Assembly: GCA_964187785.1 (NCBI GenBank)
Contig: OZ076409.1
Location: 17,548,001-17,612,000, forward strand
Length of the DNA: 64,000 nt
Direction: 5' to 3'
From: Amphiscolops sp. MND2022
Taxonomy: Eukaryota
Positions 1 to 12,833 of this stretch are shown here, piece by piece. Positions within the stretch are counted from its first letter, which is position 1, and every line of letters begins with the position of its first letter. A model generated the notes under the pieces. The model did not search any database, was not told the DNA's origin, and worked only from the letters and a program-made list of their open reading frames with translations. Made by a program: the position numbers and the translations under genes.

Positions 1-441
1 GAAGACTCGAGAAGGACAGCTTAAGAACGACATCCTAACACTGCCAACAAAACTAGTTACATCGGCTGAGGTGGATACCGTAAGGTTTCACTTTAAAATT
101 ATGGTTCACGGTTTGTTGATTGCGGTTAACGGTTTTGCGGTACGTTTTAAAAACAATTTCCTAAAAACATCTTTATTGGTTTTTAAATGAATTCAAACAA
201 TTCGATCGGAGTATCACCGTACAAATTTTTTCTCCGATTTCATTGGTAAATATTGGCAAAATTCCTTATTATCGCACCGTATTTTGTATTTTACAAATTG
301 CATCTTCTCGACAAATTCGACTGATAGTCGTGCTTTTTGGGCAGTACGCACTAGTTTGTGTCGACTGGAACTTCCCTCGACTGAAGCCTCTGAAGCAAGT
401 TACTTTTGAGAAAGCTGTTCTTTAAACAACCTTAGTGTGAG

Positions 442-521
442 TGTAAAGTTATGAATAACCATCATATATTTCAGGTGGGTTTGATTTGAATTCAGTGTTT
501 ATTTTATCACCTACTTTTACA
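442..521 (+). repeat. copia 5' LTR (80 bp)
   Basis: TGTAAA...TTTACA inverted termini; near copy at 5215; followed by PBS. Confidence 0.85.
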
Positions 522-522
522 A

Positions 523-532
523 TGGTAGCAGG
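523..532 (+). promoter_or_regulatory. primer-binding site (tRNA-Met type)
   Basis: TGGTAGCAGG 1 nt after the LTR, close to the GalEa PBS TGGTAGCAGAGC; gag ATG at 533 abuts it. Confidence 0.75.
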
Positions 533-3500
533 ATGACAACGACTACCGCCTCATTCAAAATCCCACCTATTTGGGGTGCAAGTCAACCGTTTCACTCATG
601 GAAACACGAAGTTGGAGTGTGGGCTTTGCTGACTGACTTACCGAAAGAGAAAAGAGGTTTAGCTGTGGCGCTATCCCTGACAGAACGCCGGCGTGAAGTA
701 GCAATGGAGCTTACGCCTGAGGTGCTTGGATCTGAAACAGGGTTGACACAGTTACTCCCCAAACTAGAAGCCATTTTTTGCGAAGCACTCCATTGATATA
801 GTTTTTGAGAGCTATCATCAGTTCGAGAGAATACAACGCACAGACTGTCAATCCGTTGAGAATTATATTCAAGCATTTGAACGCTGTTATGCAAAGATAC
901 CACAATGCAAGATGACACTTCCAGACGACGAGTTAGCATGTAAGCTTCTTTGTGATGCCAATCTGGAAGCCAAAGAACGACAGATGGTTTTGGCTACAAC
1001 TCCAGATTTGAAGTTTTCAACGATGCGGAGTTCATTGAAACGCATATTTACCACATCAACAGCGCAATCAACAACCGAGTCGATTGGAGATGTGAAAGCG
1101 GAACCTGCTTTCGTGACAGATACCTCTCAGGATAGTGCGTTTTGGGCGAATGGTCGCGCAAGACCTCAGAACAGACGAAAAGGCTATTATGATCAAAGAC
1201 GGAAACTGGAGCCTGGTACAAAGCCGAAAGACAGTTCTGGAAAAATGACGACGTGCTCTGTATGCGGTTCGAGATATCACTGGCGTCGTGATTGTCCAGA
1301 GAAAGAAGGACCAGCCGCAAAGAAAACAGTTCAGACGTCAGATAATGTAAAGGCGGACGAAGAAAATAACGCTGTATATTTGACCTTCGCAATTGATTGC
1401 ACAAAATTGTTGTCAGAATACTCGTGGTCAGCTATATTAGATTCAGCTTGTACGAAGACAGTAGCAGGTTTAAAATGGCTATCAAGTTATCTAGAAAATC
1501 TGTCAGAAGAATTCCAGGATCTTGTTGAGGAAAAGGAGACAGACAGTGTAATCATGTTTGGCGATGGAAACAGATAAAACTGCTTGAAACGCGTTTTACT
1601 TCCTGTTAGCCTTGGTAACACTTATTGCTTCATTGGAGTAGAAATTGTCAGAGGAGGATTACCACTCTTAATGAGTGTGCACACCATGAAACGAGCAGGT
1701 ATGAGTTTTATATTTCCAGAGAATAAAGTCGTTTTTGCCGATGGAATATATGAGAAATTAGAGTTTTTGTCAACCGGTCATGTTGCTCTGGATATTTTTC
1801 CCAAAGTAAGTGTTTCTGCTCTCACTTTATTCACAGACTCCAAACTAAACGACGAATGTGCTATTACAAAGCTTCATGTTCAGTTTGGTCACTGTAGAGC
1901 GGAAAAATTGTCAGCCTTATTGAAAAACGCAGGATATTCGAACAAGGAGCGGTCAAAATTGATTGAGAAGGTTTGTTCTAGTTGCGATGTAGGCTGTCAG
2001 TTTGGCAGAGTGAAAGCAAGACCTGTTGTAGGTTTGCCCAACGCGACAGAGTTCAAGCAAACGATTGCTATCGACTTGCACTTCTTAGTTGAGCTTGGCA
2101 GAAATGTGTACTATTTGCACATTATAGACGTGTTCACAAAGTATAGTGTTGCAGTTATGATATACGACAAACAATCTTAAACTATCATTAAACTCTTTTA
2201 CAGAAGTGGATACAAATATTTGGGTTCCCAAAGAGCATAATTTCCGACAACTGAAATGAGTTCGAAAACGAGGAAATGAGAAAATTAGCTGACGGTGCCA
2301 ATATTACTCTAAAAATGCACCAGCCGGGTCCCCTTGGTCCAATGGTACTTTCGAACGACATAACGCCATTTTGACCGAGATGTATCTGAAAATAAGACGT
2401 TCGAGTGAGTTTTTCAACGATCAGAATGTCCTCGACAATGCTGTGTTTGCTAAGAATTGTATGATTGACCAAAATGGATACAGTCCTTATCATTTAGTTT
2501 TTGGAAAGTCACCACGTCTACCTGGTAATACGCAGAATCGCCTTCCTGGCTTGGAAGAAGTCTGTGAATCACAGAGTGTACTTTTAGCTAGACATCTCAG
2601 CACTTTATCGCAGGCAAAGATGGGGTTCCTTCAAGCAGATTGCTCTAGAAGCATAGGAAAAGCGTTATTGCACAATACTAGAGCAGATGACGGTCCTTAT
2701 TATGTGGGCAATAATGTTTATTACAAGCGCGTGGAAAACCGTTGGCGTGGACCGGCTAGAGTCATTGGTCATGACGGACGGGTAATCGTTGTCCCACACC
2801 GTGGCCAGATTATACGAGTCCATTCTCACTGTCTACGAAAGACACGGGATCGACAACCGACTGACGTAAATACAGAAACAAACAGCTCGATGCCTGAGGA
2901 AAAAAGAACAGTGAATCCGAAATGTCATCCGGTAAAAACAGCAGAACCATTACAATACTTGGAAGACGACTAGTTTGAAGACGCATATACTCGAGAAGGA
3001 CAGCTGAGTAGTTTGAAAGAAGCAGATGTTGCTGCAGAGAATGCGGGTTCAAGTGAGAGCACATCCAACGTCGAGGATCTCAAAATAACCCGGAAACCTG
3101 CTAATGATTCAGTACCTAGAAAACTTCCCAAACGTGGGGATTGCATAAAATTTTCATTGAAGGAAGTAGAGGATGCACATGAAGACGTATATCATGGAAC
3201 AGTCTTCGGAAGAAAGGCAAAGCTCGTGGAAAGCACCAGAGTTGGTTAAACATACAACATGAGTTGCCGGAATCTCTTGCGGGCCAGAATAGATGCATAG
3301 ATTCTGCCAGCCAAGTAGAATCCTGGGAAAAGGACACAAGTACTGAGTCTGACTCCTGCTTAGTAGCTACGGCAAACGAAGAATTTGGTGAGCAGATTGA
3401 CCTTGAGTTGAAAAATTGGTCAGAAAACGACGTTTATGACATAGTGGATGACGATGGTCAAGAAGCAATAAGCTGCAGATGGATTCTGACGAAGAAACCA

Positions 3501-4822
3501 GACGGAACAAAAAAGGCGAGGCTTGTTGCCAGAGGATTTGAGGATCCAGATCTTGAAAATGTTGTGGAAGACTCTCACTTAAAATTGGCCATGTGGTTCA
3601 AGATATATAAAAGCAGCGTTTTTGCAAGGAGGAACTATGTCTCGAAGCGTTTTCTTGAAGCAACCAAAGGAAATGAATTTACAGAAGAAATTGCTAAAAC
3701 TCAAACGCAGCGTTTACGGGCTGGTAGACGCTCCGAGAAAGTGGTATCAGAAAGTCCGATCAGAATTAGAGAAAATTGGCTGTATTGTATCCAAATTCGA
3801 TCCAGGGGTTTTCTACGTGAAAGTCAATCACGAAACCATATGTTTACTATGTGTGCACGTGGATGATTTTTGGTGGACAGGGACTCAGTCATTCCAAAAC
3901 ATGGTGCTTATCCCTCTTCGACAAGTATTTTCGGTCGGCCGTGAAGCTGGGCTTCCAATGAAATACCTGGGTTTTGACATTGACAGTTTTCAAGGTGGTT
4001 TTATCATAAAACAGCGTGAATTTCAGGAGAATCTGCTTGAAGTTACTGTTCCAAAATCCAGACAAAATAAGGATGATGCCACGACTCCTGAAGAGAAATA
4101 GTCAATGAGAAGTCTACTTGGGAAGCTCTTATGGTTATCCGTACAAACTAGACCAGAGATCGCATGTGAACTGAGTGGTCTGAGCAGTAGGATATCAAAC
4201 ATTACTGTTGGCGACATTATTTCCCTGAATAAAGTATAACGTGCAGTGAAAAATTAACCCCAGTTCACTGAAAATACGGAATCTAGGTGCTGTGAAAGAG
4301 TGACAATTGCTTGTATTCAAAGTCGCATCATTGGCAAACAACAAGGATTGTACCACCCAGGCGGGTTATTTAGTCTGCCTGGTCAAAAAACTATCCGGAC
4401 TGTTTGCTCTTATTTACTGGAAGTCGCACAAACTCCGTAGAATTGCACGGAGTACATTAAGCGCCGAAACTATGGCTTGTATAGACGGTATGGATGCTGC
4501 TATATTGTATCAGAACCTTCTAGAAGATGTTATGCGGTCTATCATACCTATTATAGCAGTTACGGACAATTTTCCTTAATAGTCTGTATATTCCATGAAA
4601 TCTGTTCAAGACAAAAGATTAAGGCTGGACTTGAGCTATTTGAAAAGCCTAGTTGATGAACGAAAGCTGCATCGAACTGTCTGGGTATCTTCCAATCATC
4701 AGCTGGCAGATTGTCTTACAAAACAATCAAAAGCAGCTTGTGAAAGTCTCAAATATTGCGTCAGAAACGAAAAATTGGGCGAAATTCTGGGAGACATTCA
4801 AAGACAACCTTGGCGAAATTGA
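533..4822 (+). pseudogene. copia gag-pol, fragmented
   Basis: CSVCGSRYHWRRDC knuckle; ILDSACTKTVAG protease; LHVQFGHC..CSSC integrase zinc finger and AIDLHF; KARLVARGF, VYGLVDAPRKW and HVDD in RT; LSAET and QLADCLTK in RNase H, spread over many ORF pieces. Confidence 0.9.
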
Positions 4823-5214
4823 TGGAGATTAGAGCTTGTTCAACAGTTTTAATATTTGGCCTCATTTTGTCTCCACATTGACATTTTCAATCAGCAGAAC
4901 CTGTATCTTCAGTGGGAATCTACACTCTTTTCTCCATGTGTATTTTATACATGTATTATTTTGTGTCAGTTTCTGATAAATTATTCTGTTCAGCAGCGTT
5001 GTTGAAGACGGACACAACTGTTCACCTCACGCCATAACCTATGCTCACAGTGTGTCTAAACTTAATATCTGTGTAGTGTTAATACATATGTACTGGTAAT
5101 ACATGTGTTTTTAGAGTGTGTGAAGTTGTTAATGTCTATTCGTTACGCATTTGATTGAACGTCAACCATACCTTTTGTATTATTCTTGCCACAACGAAAA
5201 GAATAGTATATGAT

Positions 5215-5297
5215 TGTAAAGTTATGAATAACTATCATATAATTCAGATGGGTTTGATTTGAATTCAGTGTTTATTTTTTTATTTTCTTTTCTTCCA
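5215..5297 (+). repeat. copia 3' LTR (duplicated again at 8340-8422)
   Basis: tgtaaagttatgaataactatcatataattcagatgggtttgatttgaattcagtgtttatttt matches 442-505; the 3' end is diverged so the boundary is approximate. Confidence 0.8.
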
Positions 5298-5900
5298 GAA
5301 TCCATTTCAGCCTCCATTGCAATAACGAGTAGGCGCTTTTCCAATCCAGTAGAAATTCTATTGCTTAGTACGCTTGCCCAATAAATTGCTTCATCCACCT
5401 CCCCGTACTCAAATAAGGCTATTTCTCCGTATAGCAACCAAATCAAAAGTTGTGACACCATGGTAAAAATTGGTAACCATTGTGTTGATCTGTTCACCCA
5501 AGTTCAAATGCGTCAGAGCAAAGCGATAAGTCCCCTTGGAAAAGTGACCGCTAGTTTAAATAATCTGCTTAACAACAATTGAAAAACTAGCTTTTTAGAG
5601 ACTTTTCTCTTTTCGCTGTTTCAACCCCTCAGTTTTTGTTTTCCAGTTTCCCAATTAGCTCCTCCATTCGATCGATAATGCTATTCCACCGAGTTTCAAC
5701 AAAACGCTTATTTGTTCTATTCTGGATGTGTTCATTAACGATTGCGTCCACTCGTATCAGAGGTGGAATCTTCAGGAACCGAAGCCGACCATTTAAATTC
5801 AAAATATGGACCCAAATTGCAGGGGAACAATTGCCTTTTCAGTGGATGTCCCAACCCCACTGTTGTTCTGGTACCTTGGGGCAATTCTCAAGAAAACTAG
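5298..5900 (-). pseudogene. hAT transposase relic, core fragment (copy at 8423-9025)
   Basis: Minus strand gives a degenerate C..HILNL and NKRFVETRWNSIIDRMEEL (VETRWNS at 5680-5700), matching the hAT CxxH and RW motifs. Confidence 0.7.
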
Positions 5901-6149
5901 GACTGCTAAACCCGATTTCTAGAAGATTAAGAGTTTTGAATTGTCAACAAGGACTATAAACTATTCACCCAGTTTCTTATTCTAGTCATGTAATTGTGTA
6001 TTTGTTAAACTCATTATCATACCTAAGCTGAATAAACATAGTTCTTTGGTTATTAGCCACATTTTCAAGTTTTCTTTCGCAACGAAAAGTCAGAATGATT
6101 TTTTCTATTCGTTCACGTACATACTTTGCACTACTTTGTGTTTTCTAGA

Positions 6150-6990
6150 AACCCTTGAATAACGTTTGCATCAATATGCATCTTTTCTGATGAAAATACA
6201 TGTCGATATACGCTTTTATAGTAAATGAATATGCGTAATTGTACGTTTTTCAGTGTGACGATTATGCGTCAGAATACGTTTTTGATATGCTCATTACACT
6301 GCATTATACGCGTTTCAATAATATGTATATACACGATCATGCGTATTTTGAAATTGGACCTATGCGTCATTATACTGATAGTAGTTTGAAGTATATACAA
6401 CACTTTGCGGTTTTGGACTATGCAGTATCATGCCGCTTTTGGGATTACGTATGTACAATGTTATATGTTTTCTGTCTATACGGCATTATGCGCATTTTGG
6501 ATTTACGAATGTGCGGTGTTTTGCATATATTGGCTCTGGTGCTACGTGACTCCACATAGAGTGAGATATTCACTACCCAACGCTTCCTTGAATTCATAAT
6601 GTATGATATACGCTATTGTGCCTTTTGCAGTAGTGTGTATAAGCGGCATTATAGGTTTTTGATTATGCGGCATTATACACATTGTAGGGTTGCGTAAATA
6701 CAGTTTTTTGCGTATTTCAGTGTTTCGACTGTACGTTGCCATATATATTACAGCATTCAACATAATGCGTATCTACAAGTGACAAATATGCGTCACTATA
6801 CGTTTTCAGTATATCGCATATACAGTATAGTACATTTGCACTAAAGACGCTTGATTTCATTCAAATATGCCAGTTTAAATGTCATGTAGTTGTAAATTTG
6901 TATACTATAAATAGAATTACATCATTTGACGTAACTCTATTAAGATTTTACCAGGGTACATGACATCCCGAAAAAGGGGTGTCATGCTTG
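6150..6990 (+). mobile_element. possible non-autonomous element with a degenerate TATGCG-rich interior (copy at 9275-10115)
   Basis: Recurrent TATGCG/GCATTATAC motifs; imperfect inverted pair acccttgaataa / ttttaccagggt; terminal hairpin catgacatccc-gaaaaaa-ggggtgtcatg. Confidence 0.35.
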
Positions 6991-7432
6991 ATATTCTCCA
7001 AGGAAAATGAGGGGACTAAATACCTTTTTCACTTCTTGAATAACTTTCGCACTGAACAGTAACTCTTCTCATTCATCTCTTTTTGTAAAGACACAATTGA
7101 TCACATGTTTGTACTGCATCATCTCCAGTTTTGATAAACATTAAGTCAATCAACAATTCAAAAGACTGATTTTCGCTTGAGCAAAGATGGGATAGAAGAA
7201 ACAGGAGACAAATGAAATTGAAAAAGCAAGACCTTCGGGATCCAAAACGTACAGTCTATAGGAGTTCGCGCATCTTATAACGAAAATTCAGACTCAGAAG
7301 ATGAGGAGTATCATCTTCAGGCCTCTAAAATGAAAGACCTTAGACATCCAGCCAAACCTTTGCATAGAAGTGAAATGAACTCAGACGCAACATTAGTATC
7401 AGAAGAGGACTCTGAGGAAGAGGATTTTCACA
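6989..7432 (+). repeat. possible solo LTR of another Gypsy family (copy at 10114-10557)
   Basis: Ends ..TTCACA exactly where the hAT relic resumes; acidic frame (EEDSEEEDFH) runs out of the 3' end like the LTR ORF of the large Gypsy; 5' end and TSD unclear. Confidence 0.3.
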
Positions 7433-7505
7433 GTGGAGATGACCCGGAGGACAGCATGGCTGGCCTGGGTGTTGTCGTCGATTGTGCCGAAAATTTTAAT
7501 TGTCT
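7433..7505 (-). pseudogene. hAT transposase relic, second-Asp fragment (copy at 10558-10630)
   Basis: KIFGTIDDNTQASHAVLRVI resembles the hAT tDNa motif; lies in the expected order between the other fragments. Confidence 0.45.
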
Positions 7506-7845
7506 TCAAAGGGTCCTTCTTCAGTCTTTTCGATATTTTGCAACAGAATGGATGTTGAAAAGGTCCAAAACATTCCTTTCTTACTTTCTTTGGCACCATG
7601 AGACTGTTCAAAATTCTTATCTTCCCTTTTATCTTTTTATATGTCTCTGAAACGTCCATCCTTTAGTTTTTTGATTTTGTTCAACAAAAAGGATGCTAAA
7701 AATATCCCAATTGCCCTTGCTACCGGGCCCCGGCGCTCCTGTTCGGTAGCTCTTTGGGTTTTTCCGGGTACTGTGAAAGAGCATACTCGGCACTTCGAAG
7801 TCCTTTAGCTATTTTTGAGTGCGCAATCGGGGCCCGACCTATGCC
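7506..7845 (+). mobile_element. fragment of the HINE-like family of 33679-34215, opposite orientation (copy at ~10631-10985)
   Basis: cacttcgaagtcctttagctatttttgag is a close reverse complement of ctcaaaaatagcaaaaggacttcaaagtg at ~33719-33748. Confidence 0.6.
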
Positions 7846-7850
7846 TATCG

Positions 7851-10800
7851 ATCAAAAGCAGCTTGTGAAAGTCTCAAATATTGCGTCAGAAACGAAAAAT
7901 TGGGCGAAATTCTGGGAGACATTCAAAGACAACCTTGGCGAAATTGATGGAGATTAGAGCTTGTTCAACAGTTTTAATATTTGGCCTCATTTTGTCTCCA
8001 CATTGACATTTTCAATCAGCAGAACCTGTATCTTCAGTGGGAATCTACACTCTTTTCTCCATGTGTATTTTATACATGTATTATTTTGTGTCAGTTTCTG
8101 ATAAATTATTCTGTTCAGCAGCGTTGTTGAAGACGGACACAACTGTTCACCTCACGCCATAACCTATGCTCACAGTGTGTCTAAACTTAATATCTGTGTA
8201 GTGTTAATACATATGTACTGGTAATACATGTGTTTTTAGAGTGTGTGAAGTTGTTAATGTCTATTCGTTACGCATTTGATTGAACGTCAACCATACCTTT
8301 TGTATTATTCTTGCCACAACGAAAAGAATAGTATATGATTGTAAAGTTATGAATAACTATCATATAATTCAGATGGGTTTGATTTGAATTCAGTGTTTAT
8401 TTTTTTATTTTCTTTTCTTCCAGAATCCATTTCAGCCTCCATTGCAATAACGAGTAGGCGCTTTTCCAATCCAGTAGAAATTCTATTGCTTAGTACGCTT
8501 GCCCAATAAATTGCTTCATCCACCTCCCCGTACTCAAATAAGGCTATTTCTCCGTATAGCAACCAAATCAAAAGTTGTGACACCATGGTAAAAATTGGTA
8601 ACCATTGTGTTGATCTGTTCACCCAAGTTCAAATGCGTCAGAGCAAAGCGATAAGTCCCCTTGGAAAAGTGACCGCTAGTTTAAATAATCTGCTTAACAA
8701 CAATTGAAAAACTAGCTTTTTAGAGACTTTTCTCTTTTCGCTGTTTCAACCCCTCAGTTTTTGTTTTCCAGTTTCCCAATTAGCTCCTCCATTCGATCGA
8801 TAATGCTATTCCACCGAGTTTCAACAAAACGCTTATTTGTTCTATTCTGGATGTGTTCATTAACGATTGCGTCCACTCGTATCAGAGGTGGAATCTTCAG
8901 GAACCGAAGCCGACCATTTAAATTCAAAATATGGACCCAAATTGCAGGGGAACAATTGCCTTTTCAGTGGATGTCCCAACCCCACTGTTGTTCTGGTACC
9001 TTGGGGCAATTCTCAAGAAAACTAGGACTGCTAAACCCGATTTCTAGAAGATTAAGAGTTTTGAATTGTCAACAAGGACTATAAACTATTCACCCAGTTT
9101 CTTATTCTAGTCATGTAATTGTGTATTTGTTAAACTCATTATCATACCTAAGCTGAATAAACATAGTTCTTTGGTTATTAGCCACATTTTCAAGTTTTCT
9201 TTCGCAACGAAAAGTCAGAATGATTTTTTCTATTCGTTCGCGTACATACTTTGCACTACTTTGTGTTTTCTAGAAACCCTTGAATAACGTTTGCATCAAT
9301 ATGCATCTTTTCTGATGAAAATACATGTCGATATACGCTTTTATAGTAAATGAATATGCGTAATTGTACGTTTTTCAGTGTGACGATTATGCGTCAGAAT
9401 ACGTTTTTGATATGCTCATTACACTGCATTATACGCGTTTCAATAATATGTATATACACGATCATGCGTATTTTGAAATTGGACCTATGCGTCATTATAC
9501 TGATAGTAGTTTGAAGTATATACAACACTTTGCGGTTTTGGACTATGCAGTATCATGCCGCTTTTGGGATTACGTATGTACAATGTTATATGTTTTCTGT
9601 CTATACGGCATTATGCGCATTTTGGATTTACGAATGTGCGGTGTTTTGCATATATTGGCTCTGGTGCTACGTGACTCCACATAGAGTGAGATATTCACTA
9701 CCCAACGCTTCCTTGAATTCATAATGTATGATATACGCTATTGTGCCTTTTGCAGTAGTGTGTATAAGCGGCATTATAGGTTTTTGATTATGCGGCATTA
9801 TACACATTGTAGGGTTGCGTAAATACAGTTTTTTGCGTATTTCAGTGTTTCGACTGTACGTTGCCATATATATTACAGCATTCAACATAATGCGTATCTA
9901 CAAGTGACAAATATGCGTCACTATACGTTTTCAGTATATCGCATATACAGTATAGTACATTTGCACTAAAGACGCTTGATTTCATTCAAATATGCCAGTT
10001 TAAATGTCATGTAGTTGTAAATTTGTATACTATAAATAGAATTACATCATTTGACGTAACTCTATTAAGATTTTACCAGGGTACATGACATCCCGAAAAA
10101 GGGGTGTCATGCTTGATATTCTCCAAGGAAAATGAGGGGACTAAATACCTTTTTCACTTCTTGAATAACTTTCGCACTGAACAGTAACTCTTCTCATTCA
10201 TCTCTTTTTGTAAAGACACAATTGATCACATGTTTGTACTGCATCATCTCCAGTTTTGATAAACATTAAGTCAATCAACAATTCAAAAGACTGATTTTCG
10301 CTTGAGCAAAGATGGGATAGAAGAAACAGGAGACAAATGAAATTGAAAAAGCAAGACCTTCGGGATCCAAAACGTACAGTCTATAGGAGTTCGCGCATCT
10401 TATAACGAAAATTCAGACTCAGAAGATGAGGAGTATCATCTTCAGGCCTCTAAAATGAAAGACCTTAGACATCCAGCCAAACCTTTGCATAGAAGTGAAA
10501 TGAACTCAGACGCAACATTAGTATCAGAAGAGGACTCTGAGGAAGAGGATTTTCACAGTGGAGATGACCCGGAGGACAGCATGGCTGGCCTGGGTGTTGT
10601 CGTCGATTGTGCCGAAAATTTTAATTGTCTTCAAAGGGTCCTTCTTCAGTCTTTTCGATATTTTGCAACAGAATGGATGTTGAAAAGGTCCAAAACATTC
10701 CTTTCTTACTTTCTTTGGCACCATGAGACTGTTCAAAATTCTTATCTTCCCTTTTATCTTTTTATATGTCTCTGAAACGTCCATCCTTTAGTTTTTTGAT

Positions 10801-10970
10801 TTTGTTCAACAAAAAGGATGCTAAAAATATCCCAATTGCCCTTGCTACCGGGCCCCGGCGCTCCTGTTCGGTAGCTCTTTGGGTTTTTCCGGGTACTGTG
10901 AAAGAGCATACTCGGCACTTCGAAGTCCTTTAGCTATTTTTGAGTGCGCAATCGGGGCCCGACCTATGCC
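7851..10970. repeat. tandem duplication copy 2
   Basis: Starts atcaaaagcagcttg as at 4726 and ends gacctatgcc as at 7845; 5-bp filler TATCG at 7846-7850. Confidence 0.97.
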
Positions 10971-10974
10971 GATC

Positions 10975-11400
10975 CCGGCTCGATCCATCCGTTAAAAGCA
11001 ATTGACACCTTTGCTGACTCCAGTTGGTGGGTCATCCAACGTTTTTTCGTACACTTTTTTGACCTCCTTTGCACTTACATGTACATCTGTTGCCCAGATT
11101 ACCGCAAAACTTTTGTAATAATTCAACGGTAAAGAATGAATGGATACGCAAAACGACAGTTCTACTTTGAAGTCCTCGTCGTATTTTGGTTGCTTCGATG
11201 GGTAAAGATTTTGGTGACACTTAATTCCGTCGATCTCACAGCAATACGCATTGTAACGAACGCAGCAAACTCCTCCGTGTCGTCTTTTCGATAATGGCTT
11301 CGGATAGTTGAGTACCCCGTAGTCTGGACATTAAAATTGTAATTTTTGGCACATTTGTAACATTTTACACTTTGCCCCCACCGTACGAAAGGCGCAGAGG
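10975..11400 (-). pseudogene. hAT transposase relic, N-terminal fragment
   Basis: VKCYKCAKNYNFNVQTTGYSTIRSHY is BED-finger-like; KVSIAFNGW resembles the first catalytic Asp motif (S-x-x-x-D-G-W) with D>N. Confidence 0.6.
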
Positions 11401-12833
11401 CGGCAGGCGTAATTAGGTGTACACGGACGGTTGTAGCGCCACTTCTTCATTCTAATTTTGTGTTTCAATTGGTTTTGGACCGTTGGTATAACTACTTTCT
11501 ATCCAAGAGCATCTTTCTTTACTAAGGGCGCCGCAGTAGCGTGTGTAATTCACAAATTCCGAAAGAAGGCTGTCTTAGTTTTTAAGCAATCGGGTGCTTG
11601 TCAAAAACATGGAAGTTTCGACGGTACCATTGCAACACTCAAGAAAATGTTTCAGAAAATGATCGAGAACGTTTTCATACAGTTTCGATCACCTACTTTT
11701 AACGAAAGCGACAGTAAAAAACAAAAACTAAAAAAGATGTGAAAAGAAGCAACCTGTTTGCTGGCTGTCATGTAGAAAGTCCGATACACGTTTCGTTTTC
11801 TATGAAGCAGTCAGGAGTTGTTTGAGATATGGCTCTTTTTCCTAAGGTTTCTGGTAAACCACAGGCTTTTGCTATTTCGAAAAATCCGGGAACAGTTTTG
11901 CTTGACGAATTTTTTCTGTTAATCCTGATGTAATTTTGACCCAAGTGTGAGATATTTCCGCTCAATATTACATAGTACCTCAAAGAAATTGTATACAGGA
12001 ACATTAATATTTAAGGTACGCGGGACCAGACGCGCGGGCCCGTTAGAAAAAGACATTCGACCTTGGCTTGTAAGACCTCAAGTTGACAGCAATAATTAGT
12101 GCAGTCGATTGCTAACGCAAACAGAATTGTATTTGCGACCCATCCTGGATAAACATACGCATATCATGTAACCCGGAGACTATTGAGTCGAGCTTTACAA
12201 TTTGACTTGTCGTAACTTTTGTTGGACACGCATAACTTTAAAATCACAGGGTGAAACTCAAAATCATATCAATGAGAATATCATACCCTGAATGTTTGTA
12301 AAGCAATAAATTGAAACGTGTAAATAAATCGTGTTGTGTGATAATTTATGTATTTAAATTTTAGGAAATATTTTCAGGCAAATTTCATTTATACAAATCA
12401 TTCTAGGCGGAAGGAGTCGCGATGAACGGCAATCATTCGGACGGGAAAATACCTGGCACATGTAGGGGACATGTGAACCAAGTGAGAGAAAGTCATTGGG
12501 TGATCACCTCGACATTGAAGTTATGTTGCGAGACTTGATTTTTATCATGGAATTTGAAGTTAGGACAAGTTGTTGAACTGTTTGTCATCGGTGATTTAGA
12601 AAGTCAAAGAAGGTTTACTTGAAGTGTAACATGAAGGTTTACAGAAGGTTTCCATGAAGGTAAAAGCATGCAATTTTAAGATACCGACGCCCATAATTGG
12701 AAGAGCTAATAATGAGGCGGAAACGAAATGTACTTTAACAGACACATCCAAGTTACAGAGTGAAAAACAAGTTGACCCTCGCGGCGAAAGCAAGAGATTT
12801 CAACTAAATTTAAAACTGATCGTCGTAGCTCCG

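Larger units (their letters stand above)
442..5297 (+). mobile_element. Ty1/copia LTR retrotransposon, GalEa-like, decayed
   Basis: Two similar ~80-bp LTRs (442-521, 5215-5297); PBS TGGTAGCAG; domain order gag-PR-IN-RT-RH; HVDD and KRLRLD motifs typical of GalEa; many stops and frameshifts; no TSD seen. Confidence 0.9.
4726..7845. repeat. tandem duplication copy 1 (period 3,125 bp)
   Basis: Identical ORF set repeated at +3125 (5222/8347, 5636/8761, 7330/10455). Confidence 0.97.

Noticed and set aside
437..5302. TSD for the copia element
   Set aside because: Flanks GTGAG and GAATC do not match; the 3' LTR end is eroded
6239..6763. Tyr/Cys-rich ORFs (also 9364-9888)
   Set aside because: Translation of the low-complexity TATGCG array
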